Positions 1-11,004 of a stretch of 64,000 bases of DNA are shown here, piece by piece. Below the pieces are notes generated by a model, which did not search any database, had not been told where the DNA came from, and saw nothing but the letters and a program-made list of their open reading frames with translations. Numbering within the stretch: position 1 is the stretch's first letter; each line of letters begins with the position of its first letter. The translations under genes were made by a program, and so were the position numbers. The DNA comes from Selaginella moellendorffii (lineage: Eukaryota > Plantae > Lycopodiophyta), in assembly GCF_000143415.4 (NCBI RefSeq), contig NW_003314384.1:372001-436000 (forward strand), written 5' to 3'.

Positions 1-660
1 TCTTGGAGTTGGGGTAGCAGATGACTGCGGAAGGTTGTAGGGCTGTTGTAGGAGCAAGGACGGTCTATGGTCGTGCATTGCCGCGTCCGCGACGGGGACC
101 GAGGTCAGAACCGGAGGCAGATTGGGCCTGTCGTGCATCCCTTCAACCAATGCAGAAGGCCTTCTTTGGTCGGGCATTCCAAAACTGTCGTGGAACTGCG
201 ACGACGCCCGCCTGCCAGCACCGGGAGTTTGCTCCACCTGATCAAACTGGGATGCTCTTCGTAGGAGGTCCATAACCGGCACCTGGTCATACTGTGGAGC
301 TGCTCTCGAGAAATTCAGCATATCAATCTGTTGCGAGGAACCCCTTCGCTCTGGCGCTGGGGGAGGGCTAAAGTCGTAGAGAGCAGCAGGCCTCTGCTCG
401 TCAGGCACTGGCGGCGGGAACCTTTGGGGCGTGGGCGGGGGTGGCAACTCCTGTATCATGCTCGATGGTGGCGCTACCGGTGGGGGCTTGAATGCATCCT
501 CGGCCACGCTCGAGTTGTTGGAGGTGATATCGTCGACGTGCTGTTGCTGCATCATCTGTTGCTGTTGCCTGGGAGATAACATTTGCAATCCCGTGGGCCT
601 GGGGGACGCCTGGTGTGCCGGAATGCGGTCTTGGTGATCGTCAACGTCCATGTCTCCCAT
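1..660 (-). CDS. N-terminal part of a Pro/Gln/Ser-rich low-complexity protein (continues beyond the window start)
   Basis: Manual translation from ATG at 660 gives 220 open codons to position 1 (MGDMDVDDHQDRIPAHQASPRPTGLQMLSPRQQQQMMQQQ...PPPVAPPSS...). Absent from the ORF track because there is no stop inside the window. Confidence 0.75.
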   Translation of the reverse strand, partial: MGDMDVDDHQDRIPAHQASPRPTGLQMLSPRQQQQMMQQQHVDDITSNNSSVAEDAFKPPPVAPPSSMIQELPPPPTPQRFPPPVPDEQRPAALYDFSPPPAPERRGSSQQIDMLNFSRAAPQYDQVPVMDLLRRASQFDQVEQTPGAGRRASSQFHDSFGMPDQRRPSALVEGMHDRPNLPPVLTSVPVADAAMHDHRPSLLLQQPYNLPQSSATPTPR

Positions 661-743
661 CGTCACCAGTCCCCGGGCACGCGAGGAAGGAGACGAAACC
701 AACTCCATAGAAACCAACTGACCAAGATTCAGCCGAAGGCTCA

Positions 744-769
744 CACGTGGCAGCCACGTGCCTAGGGTT
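744..769. promoter_or_regulatory. Bidirectional promoter core: two G-boxes in a palindrome plus a telo-box-like TAGGGTT
   Basis: CACGTGGCAGCCACGTG (744-760) then TAGGGTT (763-769), within the 156 bp separating divergent ATGs at 660 and 817. Confidence 0.55.
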
Positions 770-816
770 GTCTTTTCTCGCCCTAATCTGAGAGGCAGAG
801 GCAAAGCAAGCAAGCA

Positions 817-1647
817 ATGCCGAGCTTCGTTGTGAATCCGCTGTCTCTGTGCATCCCCCAGTCGAGCTTCGAAGCTTGGCTCAAGGATAAGGGGTTTCTG
901 GAGATTCTGGAAAAGTGTACGCTGGACAACGCCATCATCGCCGGGCAGGGATCGTTCGTTGCGCTGTGTAAGCTGCTCAAGCTCAACCCCTTTGAGAGCC
1001 TCACGGTGGAGGACCTGGGTAAGAAGCCGGTGCCGTGGACGGCAGAATTTCTGGATTGCGGCAAGGGACCGGCCGAGACCTACTCGTGGCCGATGAGTGT
1101 CACCCAAGTCAAGTTCAGGATGGACGAGAATTTGAAGCGCTACACGGGCAACTATCTCGTCCTCATCGCGATCACCTTCGCCTGCGTCTTGTGAGTCATC
1201 TCCCTTCTCCCTGCCGAGGTCTCATTGCTCTCTTGTGCTGCCTAGCCAGGTATAAAATGCCTCTGGCTTTGCTGGGCGTGGTGTCCTTGTTTGGCCTGTG
1301 GGATGGGCTGAGGATCCTCATCAACAAGTTCAAGATACAGAGGCACGGCGTGTTGTTCCGCTTGCTGGTGGCGCTCGGGAATGTTGGTATGCTTCTCTTC
1401 TCCGTTCACTCATGCCAGAGATTTGTGCTTTGCTCACTATAGCACTCGTACTTCCATGTCAGGCACAATGCTCCTTCTCATGTACTGCAGGGTGGCACTG
1501 GCCTTGATCTGCGCAGCAGCTCTAAGCTTTACAGGTGAGGTCCTCGGCTGAGAAAAGCTCTCTCTTTTCTAAACTCTTTGTTTCCTCGGTGCCGCAGTGT
1601 TGGTGTTGCACAGCTCCATGAGGAAGATCACACCACCAAATACGTGA
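817..1647 (+). CDS. PRA1.H: PRA1 family protein H (prenylated Rab acceptor); exons 817-1190, 1250-1386, 1463-1534, 1598-1647
   Basis: NPLSL..FEAWL.D.G.LE, ENLKRYTGNY, YKMPLALLG and LHSSMRKITP match plant PRA1.H. Three in-frame GT-AG introns. Confidence 0.88.
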
Positions 1648-1717
1648 GAGAGATTTCGAAGTTTTATTTTAGTAGTACCTAGGGTTGTGGGGCTGGACGC
1701 AAGGCGGTGGAGTCGCC

Positions 1718-2039
1718 ATGGTTCACAAGAAGGAGATGCTCAAGGTAAATCCCAAGATGTTCGGGCCCAAGGCACAGCCGTGCATGAACGAGATGATGGC
1801 ATTTCTGGCCTGCCTCAAGAGGACCAATTTCAACGACGATCTGTGCATCAAGGAGAAAGAAGCCCTGAATGCTTGCGTTGAGTTCCAGGTGCGTCCTTGT
1901 GCTCGTTTTGCTGCTACCTACAGCTAGATTGCCGCTCCCTCACGCCTTCCCTTCCTCGTTGTGACAGGCCAGGGCGCCCAAAGTGAAGACCACCATCAAC
2001 TATCACCTGCAGCGGCTTGGGAAATACTTCAAAAAGTGA
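1718..2039 (+). CDS. CHCH (twin Cx9C) protein, mitochondrial ribosomal protein mS37/CHCHD1-like; exons 1718-1888, 1968-2039
   Basis: MVHKKEMLKVNPKMFG..PCMNEMMAFLAC..LCIKEKEALNAC..TINYHLQRLGK: twin Cx9C plus the INYHLQRL motif of the mS37/Mrp10 family. Confidence 0.8.
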
Positions 2040-2206
2040 GAGCTGCAAACGGACCCTCTTTTCTTTCTTGGCTCCGGTTTCGAGCACACAAGATCTGGCA
2101 TTTTGTCATTTGTTAAGTAACTGAAAGGTAACGCGCCCTTGCGCGATTCCGGCCATAACGCTCTGCCACAGAACAAGCATGAGAAGGCCTCCAGGCCCCC
2201 GGGAGA

Positions 2207-3567
2207 ATGAAACCGATGGTGCGCCGGCGAGCTTTGGCACCCATAGCGGCACTTGCACTGGTAGTCCTCGCATGGATTGTGTTGATCCACAGTTCCATTC
2301 TCCAAAACAATGCCTTCACATTCCTCCGAGGTGAGCGGTCGAAAGCAGCACGTTCCCTGCGCTTTCACCCCGTCAAGGATTCCAAGAATGGTACCAGCTA
2401 CGTGTTCATGTCCCAGATCCAAGACACAAATCGGACAGGGGTCCCCGAATTCTTCTACTTCAACACCTCCGCCTCGTCCAGAGTCTTGTGCTTTAGAGGC
2501 AACAGCACCCGAGATGGCACCAAGAACCTGTACGCATTTGCTGAGCAGCATGTGCCAGGGGACGCGCTGCTTCTGCCGGGAACAACCCTCGTCTCGGATT
2601 CTCATTTTGATTTCGTCAACCCCTGGCATTCTATGTATAACCTCATCCAATTCGTCCACTGGAGGATGGACAGCCGCTGCCAACGGAGCGATAGAATGTT
2701 AATCTTCCACCGGGGGGAGATACGTCACGATCTGGGAGCTTGGATCCGGAGCGTCTTGGATTCCAACGGTGTCACCACAGGCGTGGACACACTGAGGTAC
2801 CATCCAGAAGGCAGGGTGGTGTGCTTCCAAAGAGCAGTTGTGAGCAGGAGAGGTATTGGGGGCGTTTCAGGGGCTGTGTTGAGGGACTTGTTCGAGCAGG
2901 TTCGGTGCCGGACCCGACAATGGTGCGGAGTAGGCAGTGGGGTTAACGATGACGACACGACCGTCCGTGTCGCGCTTGTGGCCCGAGAACGAGGGCGTGC
3001 CTTTGTCAACCTGAGTGATTGGAAGCATGCCGTCAAGCTCGTGTGTGAGGTGCGGCCCCATTGCCAGTGGTCCGTCGTCTGGTTTTCAGCGCTTGATTTC
3101 TGCTCCCAGGTAAAAATATGTCCATGACACCGACTCAATATTTAACGTTGATCCAGGTAAAGCTGATGAGCACAACCGATATTCTTGTATCTGTTCACGG
3201 TGCTCAGCTCACCAACATGATTTTCATGAATCCTGGGAGCAGAATTCTTGAGGCATTTCCCCAGGGCTGGTTGCAGCTTGCAGGGAACGGTCAATTCATC
3301 TACAAGCACCTGGCTGACTGGGCCGGCCTTGGGCATGAAGGCTATTGGAGAGACGGAGGGACGGCCAAATGCCCCATGGATTCTTCCAGTCCAGGACAAT
3401 GCTTCAGCCTTCATTACAAAAACAAGCCTGTGGGAATCAACTCGACATTTATTGTAAAGTGGCTGGCAGAAGTCCTGTCAAACTTTTCTTGCACAGCCCG
3501 GGCATCTTTGACAAAACAGGAATGCAAATGTAGCGTCGAGCCTGGGGCTGATGATAGGCTAAGCTAA
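2207..3567 (+). CDS. Glycosyltransferase family 61 (DUF563) type II membrane protein; exons 2207-3109, 3157-3567
   Basis: N-terminal TM helix, NPWHSM, FCSQV and VHGAQLTNMIFM motifs. A 47-bp GT-AG intron (3110-3156) joins the two track ORFs in frame. Confidence 0.85.
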
Positions 3568-3770
3568 ATAATAAGGCCCATTCTCCATTGGAACCAATGC
3601 TAATACACTAAGTTAGTAATATTTATAAACTTAATCAACAGCAACAAAAATAAAACCAAATTGAAGCTAACTCCTTAAGATCTAACAAAATCCCCCAAAA
3701 ACACAACCAATATTCCACTAGCCACTCTAAAGGGCAGAAACCCTAGCCATGTGGAGGAAGCTTGATTTGG

Positions 3771-5340
3771 TGAACGTATGTACATTCCTTAATGTCTCAG
3801 TGGGATTAATACAAAAACTGGGCATGCCGCCCTATCACCAAGCTACTTTACGTGATACTCTCATGTCTCAAGTGGATCTAATCTTGAAGTAGAAGTGGAC
3901 ATGGTCATATCTTTCAGATTATGTCGATGTCCAAGTCCCCTCCCAAAACCAAACAAAGAATAGTGTTAGAAGGGTGCCACTGCAAATGGATCTCATCATC
4001 AATCACCCTGCTAAAACATGGGAGCCATCTGGTTCGCCACTTCCCCAAATGATCAGGCTTTGCCCATTCCTTTAGGATGACATAGTGGAGGTGAATAGGT
4101 GCCAGAGTAAATCTCCACCATGTGGCCACAATAGCAAATACTCTTGCTTGTTACCCATCAAAGTGGTGGTGGTTACACACCTCCTAGATTGTTTGTAATC
4201 TTGTTGCTCTCCATACTGGCCAGCATTTATGGCCCATTGCCTCCTAGACCAATGTTCCGACCTCAACACCAATCTCATCCCATTGGACTCACATCTTCCA
4301 ACCATGTCATCCATGACATATGACGTGCCTCCAAGCTGGACTTTGTGGCTGGGCCACGTGCTCCTTTGAACCAGTGGAGCATATTGCCACACCTTGCTTC
4401 AAACTCTTGAATGTCCCCTATCTCATGAGCTACCTTGAGAATTTATTGCCATACTTACTTTCCCATGTCACATTCCCACAGTGCGTGCTCGGCTTGCATC
4501 GTCCTAGAACTGTTGTCCTATTGGAGCCAAAAGTGATTTTGACTTTCTTTTGAATTGGCAGCTTCTAGAAATCTAACATATTGTCCACCATCTGGTTTGT
4601 GTCAACTCCTTGCTTGATTCATTTTCTCCATAACTTTAGGATCTCTCCACATGCCTCCTCTCTATTCATCAACAAACCATCCCATGCCTCCACCTCAAAG
4701 GAGAAGAAACTGTTCAAACTTCACCTCCATTCTGTAGGATCCCAATCCAAGTCTTTGATCAGTTGCTGATGCCACCACTTGAGTGTGCCATTCCCCTCAA
4801 GTGGGTTGGTGATTGCATAATGACTAGCTATTTTGGTGCCTAGTGAAGCACTCAAATCCTCCCCTTGACCTTGTCATTAGTCACCATCAGCATGTACTAC
4901 TCTTCTCCCATTGGTAACAACATATCCTCCCTTGTCACCTAGAAGGGGCAACCTACATAGAGAGACTATGAACTAAACTTCCACATCGCCATCTCCCCAT
5001 GCTAGTGATGGGGCCATGAACACTTGAGTCCACGTGCAGCTTAACTCGTTCTCCATCTGGCTCAATCTCCCATTGCAGCATTACAAAGTCCCTGGGTTTA
5101 AAGCACCTTCTCGGCCAAGGTTGTTCCCTCTTTGCCTCAACCATGGAGGATTTTAGATCTACATGAACTTTGCAACTCTTGCTTGGGTTGAAGACTTGCA
5201 TCCTCTTTGTGGTCTTCCTGCAGACCTTGTCCAACACTCCCATAAGCTGTTTCAGTGTCCAAAAGCCCCCTATGTGCAGCTTCTTCAATATCGTGTAGTG
5301 GTCCTCTCTAACCAGCATTTGGTTACCAGCCCTGAACAAT
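3771..5340 (-). mobile_element. 5'-truncated degenerate LINE (3' part of ORF2, zinc-finger region and 3' end)
   Basis: Shares its 3' terminal motif (plus strand GTATGTACATTCC...TAATACAAAAAC) and ORF2 C-terminal motifs with the long LINE at 53-59 kb. Many stops. Confidence 0.7.
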
Positions 5341-6417
5341 TCGTTAAAGAATAATGGCTGGTTCAGTCAATCCTCCAAATTTGAGCTTGCATTCCTCGTC
5401 CATATATGGAGGCTAACACTAAAAAGAAAAACTCGCTGAACGAGTGTAGCTTATTGCCCCCTTTTCCATTTCTTCAGATTTTTCTTCAGCTCTTCTATAG
5501 CTTCTAGTAATTCATCATTCATGGTACCAGCTAGCCTTTCACCGGCCCAAACAGTTGACAAAGGTGGAACCTACAGAACAAACCACATAACATATGACTT
5601 TCAAAGCTTACCATAGCTTTTTCTTTGGAATGTTCACTCAGGCTTACTTCTTTGAAGGCCAGCTCTCCTGCTCATGGGCATGGTTGGTCCCAACCACGTT
5701 CAGCCAGAATCCTGACCGCCACCGAATGTGGTCAGCCGAATGCAGTCGGACAGTTCCGTTCGGTGATTCCGTTCGGCGAAAAAATGGTGATCGCACTCAC
5801 AGGGGCTAGATTTCTGATGCTGCTACAACTATCGCCATTGCCACTGCATCTCCACTGCTTTGCTGTTCTCCTGCTGCTATGTATGGAGCGATCCATCCAT
5901 CCACAAATGCCCAGCCCAGCAAGCCTACATAGAATCTGATGAAGAGGGCTATAGCCTATAGGAGCTGCATGCATACCAAGCTCTACAGGGCAACACTCTC
6001 CAGTCGGTCAGCCTTTGCTTTCGATTGAGCATGGAGCAGCTTGCTGAGGCCTCGCAAATCACCTAGTCCACAACGCTTGAAATTTTTGCCCTAAAATGGA
6101 AATTACGATTCCAGTGATTTCAAAGATTTGATTCTAGCAATTCTGGCACAATTGAGCAATGGTGCCCGATTGGGCATGGTCCCATGTTACCAAGTTCACT
6201 CCTTATGCTTCCAGCAAAGGAGTTGGGTGTTGGAAATGTAATTATTGTGGAAAAATGTATGGTGGTCTGCCAAAACGAATTAAGGCACATTTTGCTAATA
6301 CCCCTTTGTCTTTAGTTTCTACAACAAATCTATAGAGTAGGCATTTTGATGGAGCATTTGTTAGTTTATGGTGTATGTAGAAGTTGGTTTATGTACACAG
6401 TAACACCAGAGTGGTGG

Positions 6418-8116
6418 TGTGAGACACAAAATCCCTAGGCCCCAAAGTGGAGCCGGAAAGGATGCCATGTGGTAGTGGCCGAAGCGAAAGCCCAAACGAG
6501 TGTAACACGTTTGGACTAAAAGCTCTGACTTGGAAGGTTGAGAGCGGAAGTGGAACTCCCAACAAAGTGCTCAAGGAGCGAGCACGAAGCGAGCAATAAG
6601 CAAGGCTCCAAAAAGGGACCCAAAAAGGACCAACACATGACATGTGGAAGTGTCCGAGATGGAGTCCGAGGCGGACCCTAGTTGGAGTCCGATATGGAGT
6701 CCGAGATGGACCCGAAGTGGAGTCCGAGATGGAGTCCGATATGGAGTCCGAGATGGACCCGAAGTGGAGTCCGAGGTGGACCGAGACGGAGTCCGAGATG
6801 GAGTTCGAGATGGAATCCGAGATGGAGTCCGAGATGGACCCAAGATGGACCCGAGATGGAGTCCGAGATGGAGTCCGAGGTGGACCGAGACGGAGTCCGA
6901 GATGGACCCGAGATGGAGTCCGAGGTGGACCAAGACGGAGTCCGAGATGGAGTCCGAAATGGACCAAGACGGAGTCTGAGATGGAGTCCGAGAAGGACCC
7001 GAGATGGAGTCCGAGGTCGAGACCGAGACTGGGACCGAGATCGACCGAGACCAAGACCGGGACCGGGACTGAGACCGAGCCCGAGCCCGAGTCCGAGTCC
7101 GAGTCCGAGTTCGAGTTTGAGAGGGTGAAAGCCCAAAGCGTTCATCTCCCAGACCCTGGGGGGTTTGGTGAGCTCCAAAAGTATAGTAGGGGGAGGACTG
7201 CAGTGGAGCTAGTTTGGCTAGGAAAGGCCAGTTTGGCCCAAGAAGGCCAGACCCAGTGTTGGGTGATGAATTGACCACTGGGAAGTCCAAGACTAGAGTG
7301 AATACGGACCGACAAGCGGGGTAGCTTGGTGAAGTGTTCAAGAGCCGGCTCTAGTTCCCCCGGGAGATCGACTGGCCGATGCTCCCAGTCCAAGTGTGGG
7401 TGGCACTACCTACTTGGATACCAGGCGTGGCTCAACGGAACCTCGCTCTAAGCCCATGGCTAGAGCACCTAAAGGCGAAAGGTGGGGAGAGTACCCAGGT
7501 GGCTTGCATAAGGCCACGGTGTTCCGAAATGTTGTCCCAAAGGCCCAGACTGTGGAAAGGAAGAGGAGCAGTCCTCTGGGCTAGTGACCAAGGACACAGT
7601 CGTGTGGTGAGGAAGTCCCAGAGGACCGTGGGACTTAGTGGTCGGGCCGGTGGGCCTCGATCCAGTGGTAGTGTTGGTGAATACAGCCGTGGGCAGAAAG
7701 GGACTTGGTGGGGACCAGAAAAGGGATATTGGGGAAGGCTATTCCCCACATCTGTGGGCATCCTAAGGATGCTAAGGAGGGGATCTGGAATGATCACTCA
7801 TGGACAGATGGTCCAGTCCTTGAGAGACAGGATTGTGATGCAGGTGGTGTTAGATCACCGGTATGACCAAGGTAAAGGGGCATGGCCTTAGCGTAACGGG
7901 CTAGTATGTCGGTGGTACCTTGGGGTGTCGGTCTTGGGACCGGACACGTGGAGCACTTGGACTAAGTGCAAGGGATGAGTGGCATGGATGCCATTCTCGG
8001 GGCTAGCAAGTCCCAAGTCCTGAATTGGACTTAAGGAGGTGGTGAGTGAGACCCCTCCAAGTGGTCGAAGGCGTGGTTAAGTGACTAAAGTAGAATGGAA
8101 AAATTAATCGCTTACA
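6418..8116 (+). mobile_element. Solo LTR (TG...CA) with internal minisatellite
   Basis: TGTGAGAC...GCTTACA flanked by 5-bp TSD GGTGG. Homologous to the LTRs at 42106 and 47901. Confidence 0.93.
6655..7120 (+). repeat. LTR minisatellite of ~12-bp GAGATGGAGTCC/GAGATGGACCC units, then 6-bp GAGACC/GAGTCC units
   Basis: Directly visible. Present at variable length in every full LTR copy; it explains the many low-complexity ORFs. Confidence 0.92.
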
Positions 8117-8777
8117 GGTGGATTATGTTGAAAGTGAAGAAATGAAATTTCTAGAGATTAATTTCGACACAATTGCAATCAAACCACAATGGATGAGGAT
8201 TATAGAGATGCAAGCTAGACTTGAATCTCTTGGTATAGAAGATTTAGAGGATTATAGAGATGCAAGCTAGACTTGAATCTCTTGGTATAGAAGATTTAGC
8301 TGAAGAAGATCTTCCAAATGAGGATGTGATTGTTGAGGAAGATGCATGAGATGTCGAGGAACTTGCTGGTGATGTTGAAGAAGATGAGTAGTAGATGGTT
8401 TGGTTTGGTCTAATGCTTTGGTTTGGTTTGGTTTCATGCTTTGGTTTTCTTACTTTTATTAATGTGGTTTTACTAAAAAGGTATTTTTTTTATCAAAAAA
8501 AATTTGTGAACCATTTAGCCATTTGGCATTTCACAGCCGGTCGATAACCACAGTCGGCCGGTCGGCCAGTCGGCGTTTGGAACGGTCGGGACCAACCATG
8601 CTCATGGGTGTGGGTGTGGGTGTGGGTGTGTTGTCACAACCAGCCTTATGTACCCAGTGGAACACCACTCTTTAAGTTTGTGAGAGCCTTCTGAATTCAC
8701 TTTCTTGTCCAGCTTCATGATGTCCAGCATTGCAAATGGGGGAGTTGCTCCTAGCACATGTCCATTTTGAACTGGAC

Positions 8778-9354
8778 ACACAAACCGGTGCTTGTCCGAG
8801 ATGCGCACACGGAGCTTGTCTGGAGGAGTAGTATGGTGTTGGGTGGTGTGTGAGGAAACTAGCGGCAGCAAAAGCACTGGAAGGAGGAGATAGTGTGGCA
8901 TGACGAGGGTGGCGACGAGGAAGGTGTCCACGGATGAGAAACCCCAGGAAGAGGAGGAGGAGCTCTTGACAGATTGGAGCAAATCCATCAAGGCGGCGGC
9001 TTCTCCCGGTGGCCGGAACCAAAGGGCATGTACATTCTTCTTTTACAAGAGCTTATGGAGAGAAGCGATTCTTCACTCTTCTTCAGGAAGCCCGGCCGTG
9101 TCCAAGGATGGGAGAGGAATGCATGGAGCTCTTGCTGGGATGGTGCCGTGGACAGCACTAGCAACAAGCTCGGGTGGGTGATGGGTAGCAGCATTGACTT
9201 CCCACGATCACCATTGTCATCGAGGAGCAGCGGATCCCACGAGTAAGCAGTGAAGCAGCAGCAACGCATTTGCGATGTGGAATTCTCAGCCATGGCGAGG
9301 AGCAGCAGCAGCGTGATCTTCCTGAGCATCTCCCAGTAATAGCTTGTCCACGCA
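8778..9354. repeat. Dispersed ~570-bp GC-rich gene-like segment; copies at ~25807-26383 and inverted at ~50990-51563
   Basis: Shared translations such as MDLLQxVKSSSSSSWGFSSVDTFL and KPQEEEEELLTxWSKSIKA appear in opposite orientation near 51 kb. Confidence 0.85.
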
Positions 9355-10006
9355 AGCCGATTGTGAACTCATCTTCTAGTGAGGCCTCCATGTTGATCTT
9401 GCAGGACAGAAGTGCATCCACACTAGGGCCCTATTCCTCTCTGTTTTTTGTCGTTCTGGGTGGGGCAGACTTGAGTTCTCTTGTCCCATGCCCTAGCTCT
9501 GCTGCTGCTGCACATGCTGCTGCTCTGGTGGTGACTCCTGATCTGATCCTAGTGTACCACTCCTGCACTTCTGTGAGACATCCATCCCTGTGAACCCCCT
9601 CAGCTGCAAAAGTATTTGGGATGATTCCCCGCAAGCCTTTCTGACTTGTGACTGGCCTGAGACTCTCATGAAGTTCTTGCACTCCAGCCAGTGACCATGC
9701 AAGTGGATGAAGGGAGGTAGCTTCATCCTCTTCTCCACTCTCAGTGGACACTTCACCTTTGGCATGGCTTACACTTTCAGCTTTTTCCAAGACCTGGCCA
9801 TCTCCCAACCTAGAAACGTCCACCACTTCTATCCCATGGTTCTCATCCTATTGGGCTGCTGCTTTGCATGGCTCACTTGCTGCCTTGCACAACAGTGTTC
9901 TAGCCATTGATATAGAGGGCCCTTTCCCGTCCTGGCTTGTTTCCGTATGTGTTCCAGGACCCCGACCTTGTAACAGTCTTCCTCGTGGGAGGACCCGGCG
10001 AGATCG

Positions 10007-10560
10007 CTGAACATGTATGTACATTCCCCATGTCCCAATGGGACTAATACAAAAACTGGGCATGCCACCCTCTCAATGAGTTACTCTACATGAAGGACCT
10101 GGCGAGATCGCTGAACGTGTATGTACATTCCCCATGTTCCAATGGGACTAATACAAAAACTGGGCGTGCCGCCCTCTCAATGAGCTACTCTACGTGATCC
10201 TCTTGTCACAGCTGGACCTAGTCCTAGAGTAGAAGTGGACGTGGTCGTCTCGATTGAATCATGTCGATGTCCAAGTCTCCCCCATGAGCTGAACGTAGAA
10301 CAGAGTCCAAGAGGGACCATTGCCAGCAAATCTCGCCACCTACCATTCTGCCGAAGTATGGGAGCCACCTGGACTGCCACTCCTCTAGCTGCCTTGGTTT
10401 CACCCGCTCCTTTAGGATGGTGTAATGAAGCCGCACTGCTGCAAGAGTGAGTCTCCACCACGATGCCACCACTGTTGATATCCTCGCTTGTTTCCCATCA
10501 AAGAGACCTAGCGAGATCGTGGCACCACTTTGTGCAATCCACATTCTCTATGTGCCGTTG
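10007..10560 (-). mobile_element. Short LINE 3'-end fragment with a 104-bp tandem duplication of the terminus (9990-10093, 10094-10197)
   Basis: WWRLTLAAVRLHYTILKE..WLPYF is homologous to the other LINE copies. The terminal motif occurs twice. Confidence 0.75.
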
Positions 10561-10639
10561 TCAAAACAGTGTGATTGGGAGCAAGTAAAGGAGGTAAGAG
10601 AATGAATTTTCATTTATTCGTGATGAGGGAGAGGACAAA

Positions 10640-10697
10640 AGACAACCTGAGACCGGTTTCGTCCTTTTTGGGACTCATCAGCCAGATGTAGTTGTCT
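10640..10697 (-). ncRNA. Minimal type I hammerhead ribozyme (Penelope-like-element type)
   Basis: Minus strand reads AGACAAC-UACAU-CUGG-CUGAUGA-GUCC-CAAAAA-GGAC-GAAA-CCG-GUC^UCAG-GUUGUCU. It has an intact catalytic core, stem II, bulged stem I, palindromic ACCGGU at stem III and a GUC cleavage triplet. Confidence 0.85.
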
Positions 10698-11004
10698 AGC
10701 ATCCACCCTAACCCTAGCTTGGCGTTGACTCTAATTATATTCTGGCTCTGTTACTTGGCACAAGTCCATGTGGCGGCCATGCTAAGTGGCATCGCAGCGT
10801 TGGCTCGCGAAGATGTGAATATAGCAAAACTAAAGTTGGTTACTTAGCAACAATAGTAGTTGCAGAGAATGTCTTCAGCAGATCACTGAAGAGAGTAAGT
10901 GTTTGTCTGGTGGATGACGTACCTTTGATGCAAGATAACTTGTAAATGTGGCATGATATAGTGTATGCATTATGTCCACAATGCTTGTGTCAGTTGTACA
11001 TAAG

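Larger units (their letters stand above)
5679..8600 (+). mobile_element. Non-autonomous hAT DNA transposon with BED zinc-finger remnant, carrying a solo LTR
   Basis: TIR CATGGTTGGTCCC / GGGACCAACCATG, 8-bp TSD CTCATGGG (5671-5678, 8601-8608), BED-like WKCNYC...AH and an acidic C-terminal remnant. Confidence 0.9.
5450..8991 (-). pseudogene. Unknown gene fragment interrupted by the hAT insertion
   Basis: The reading frame ...VVTTHPHPHPHP (to ~8605) resumes as HEQESWPSKK across the hAT TSD, followed by a GT-AG-bounded intron-like stretch and a short terminal exon. No recognisable domain. Confidence 0.35.

Noticed and set aside
2003-2683. 226-aa antisense ORF
   Set aside because: Shadow frame of the GC-rich GT61 gene.
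5936-5975. Other CTGATGA motifs (5936, 15865, 50469, 58794) as hammerheads
   Set aside because: None has a stem II followed by GAAA and a cleavage triplet.
6655-7120. Possible CRISPR-like array
   Set aside because: Short contiguous units with no unique spacers and no cas genes, in a eukaryotic LTR.
6389-7341. Many overlapping 100-300 aa ORFs (ESEM, SPRW, LGLHLG repeats) here and at 11.7-12.6, 23.5-24.4, 29, 42-43 and 48 kb
   Set aside because: By-products of the stop-poor LTR minisatellite, not genes.
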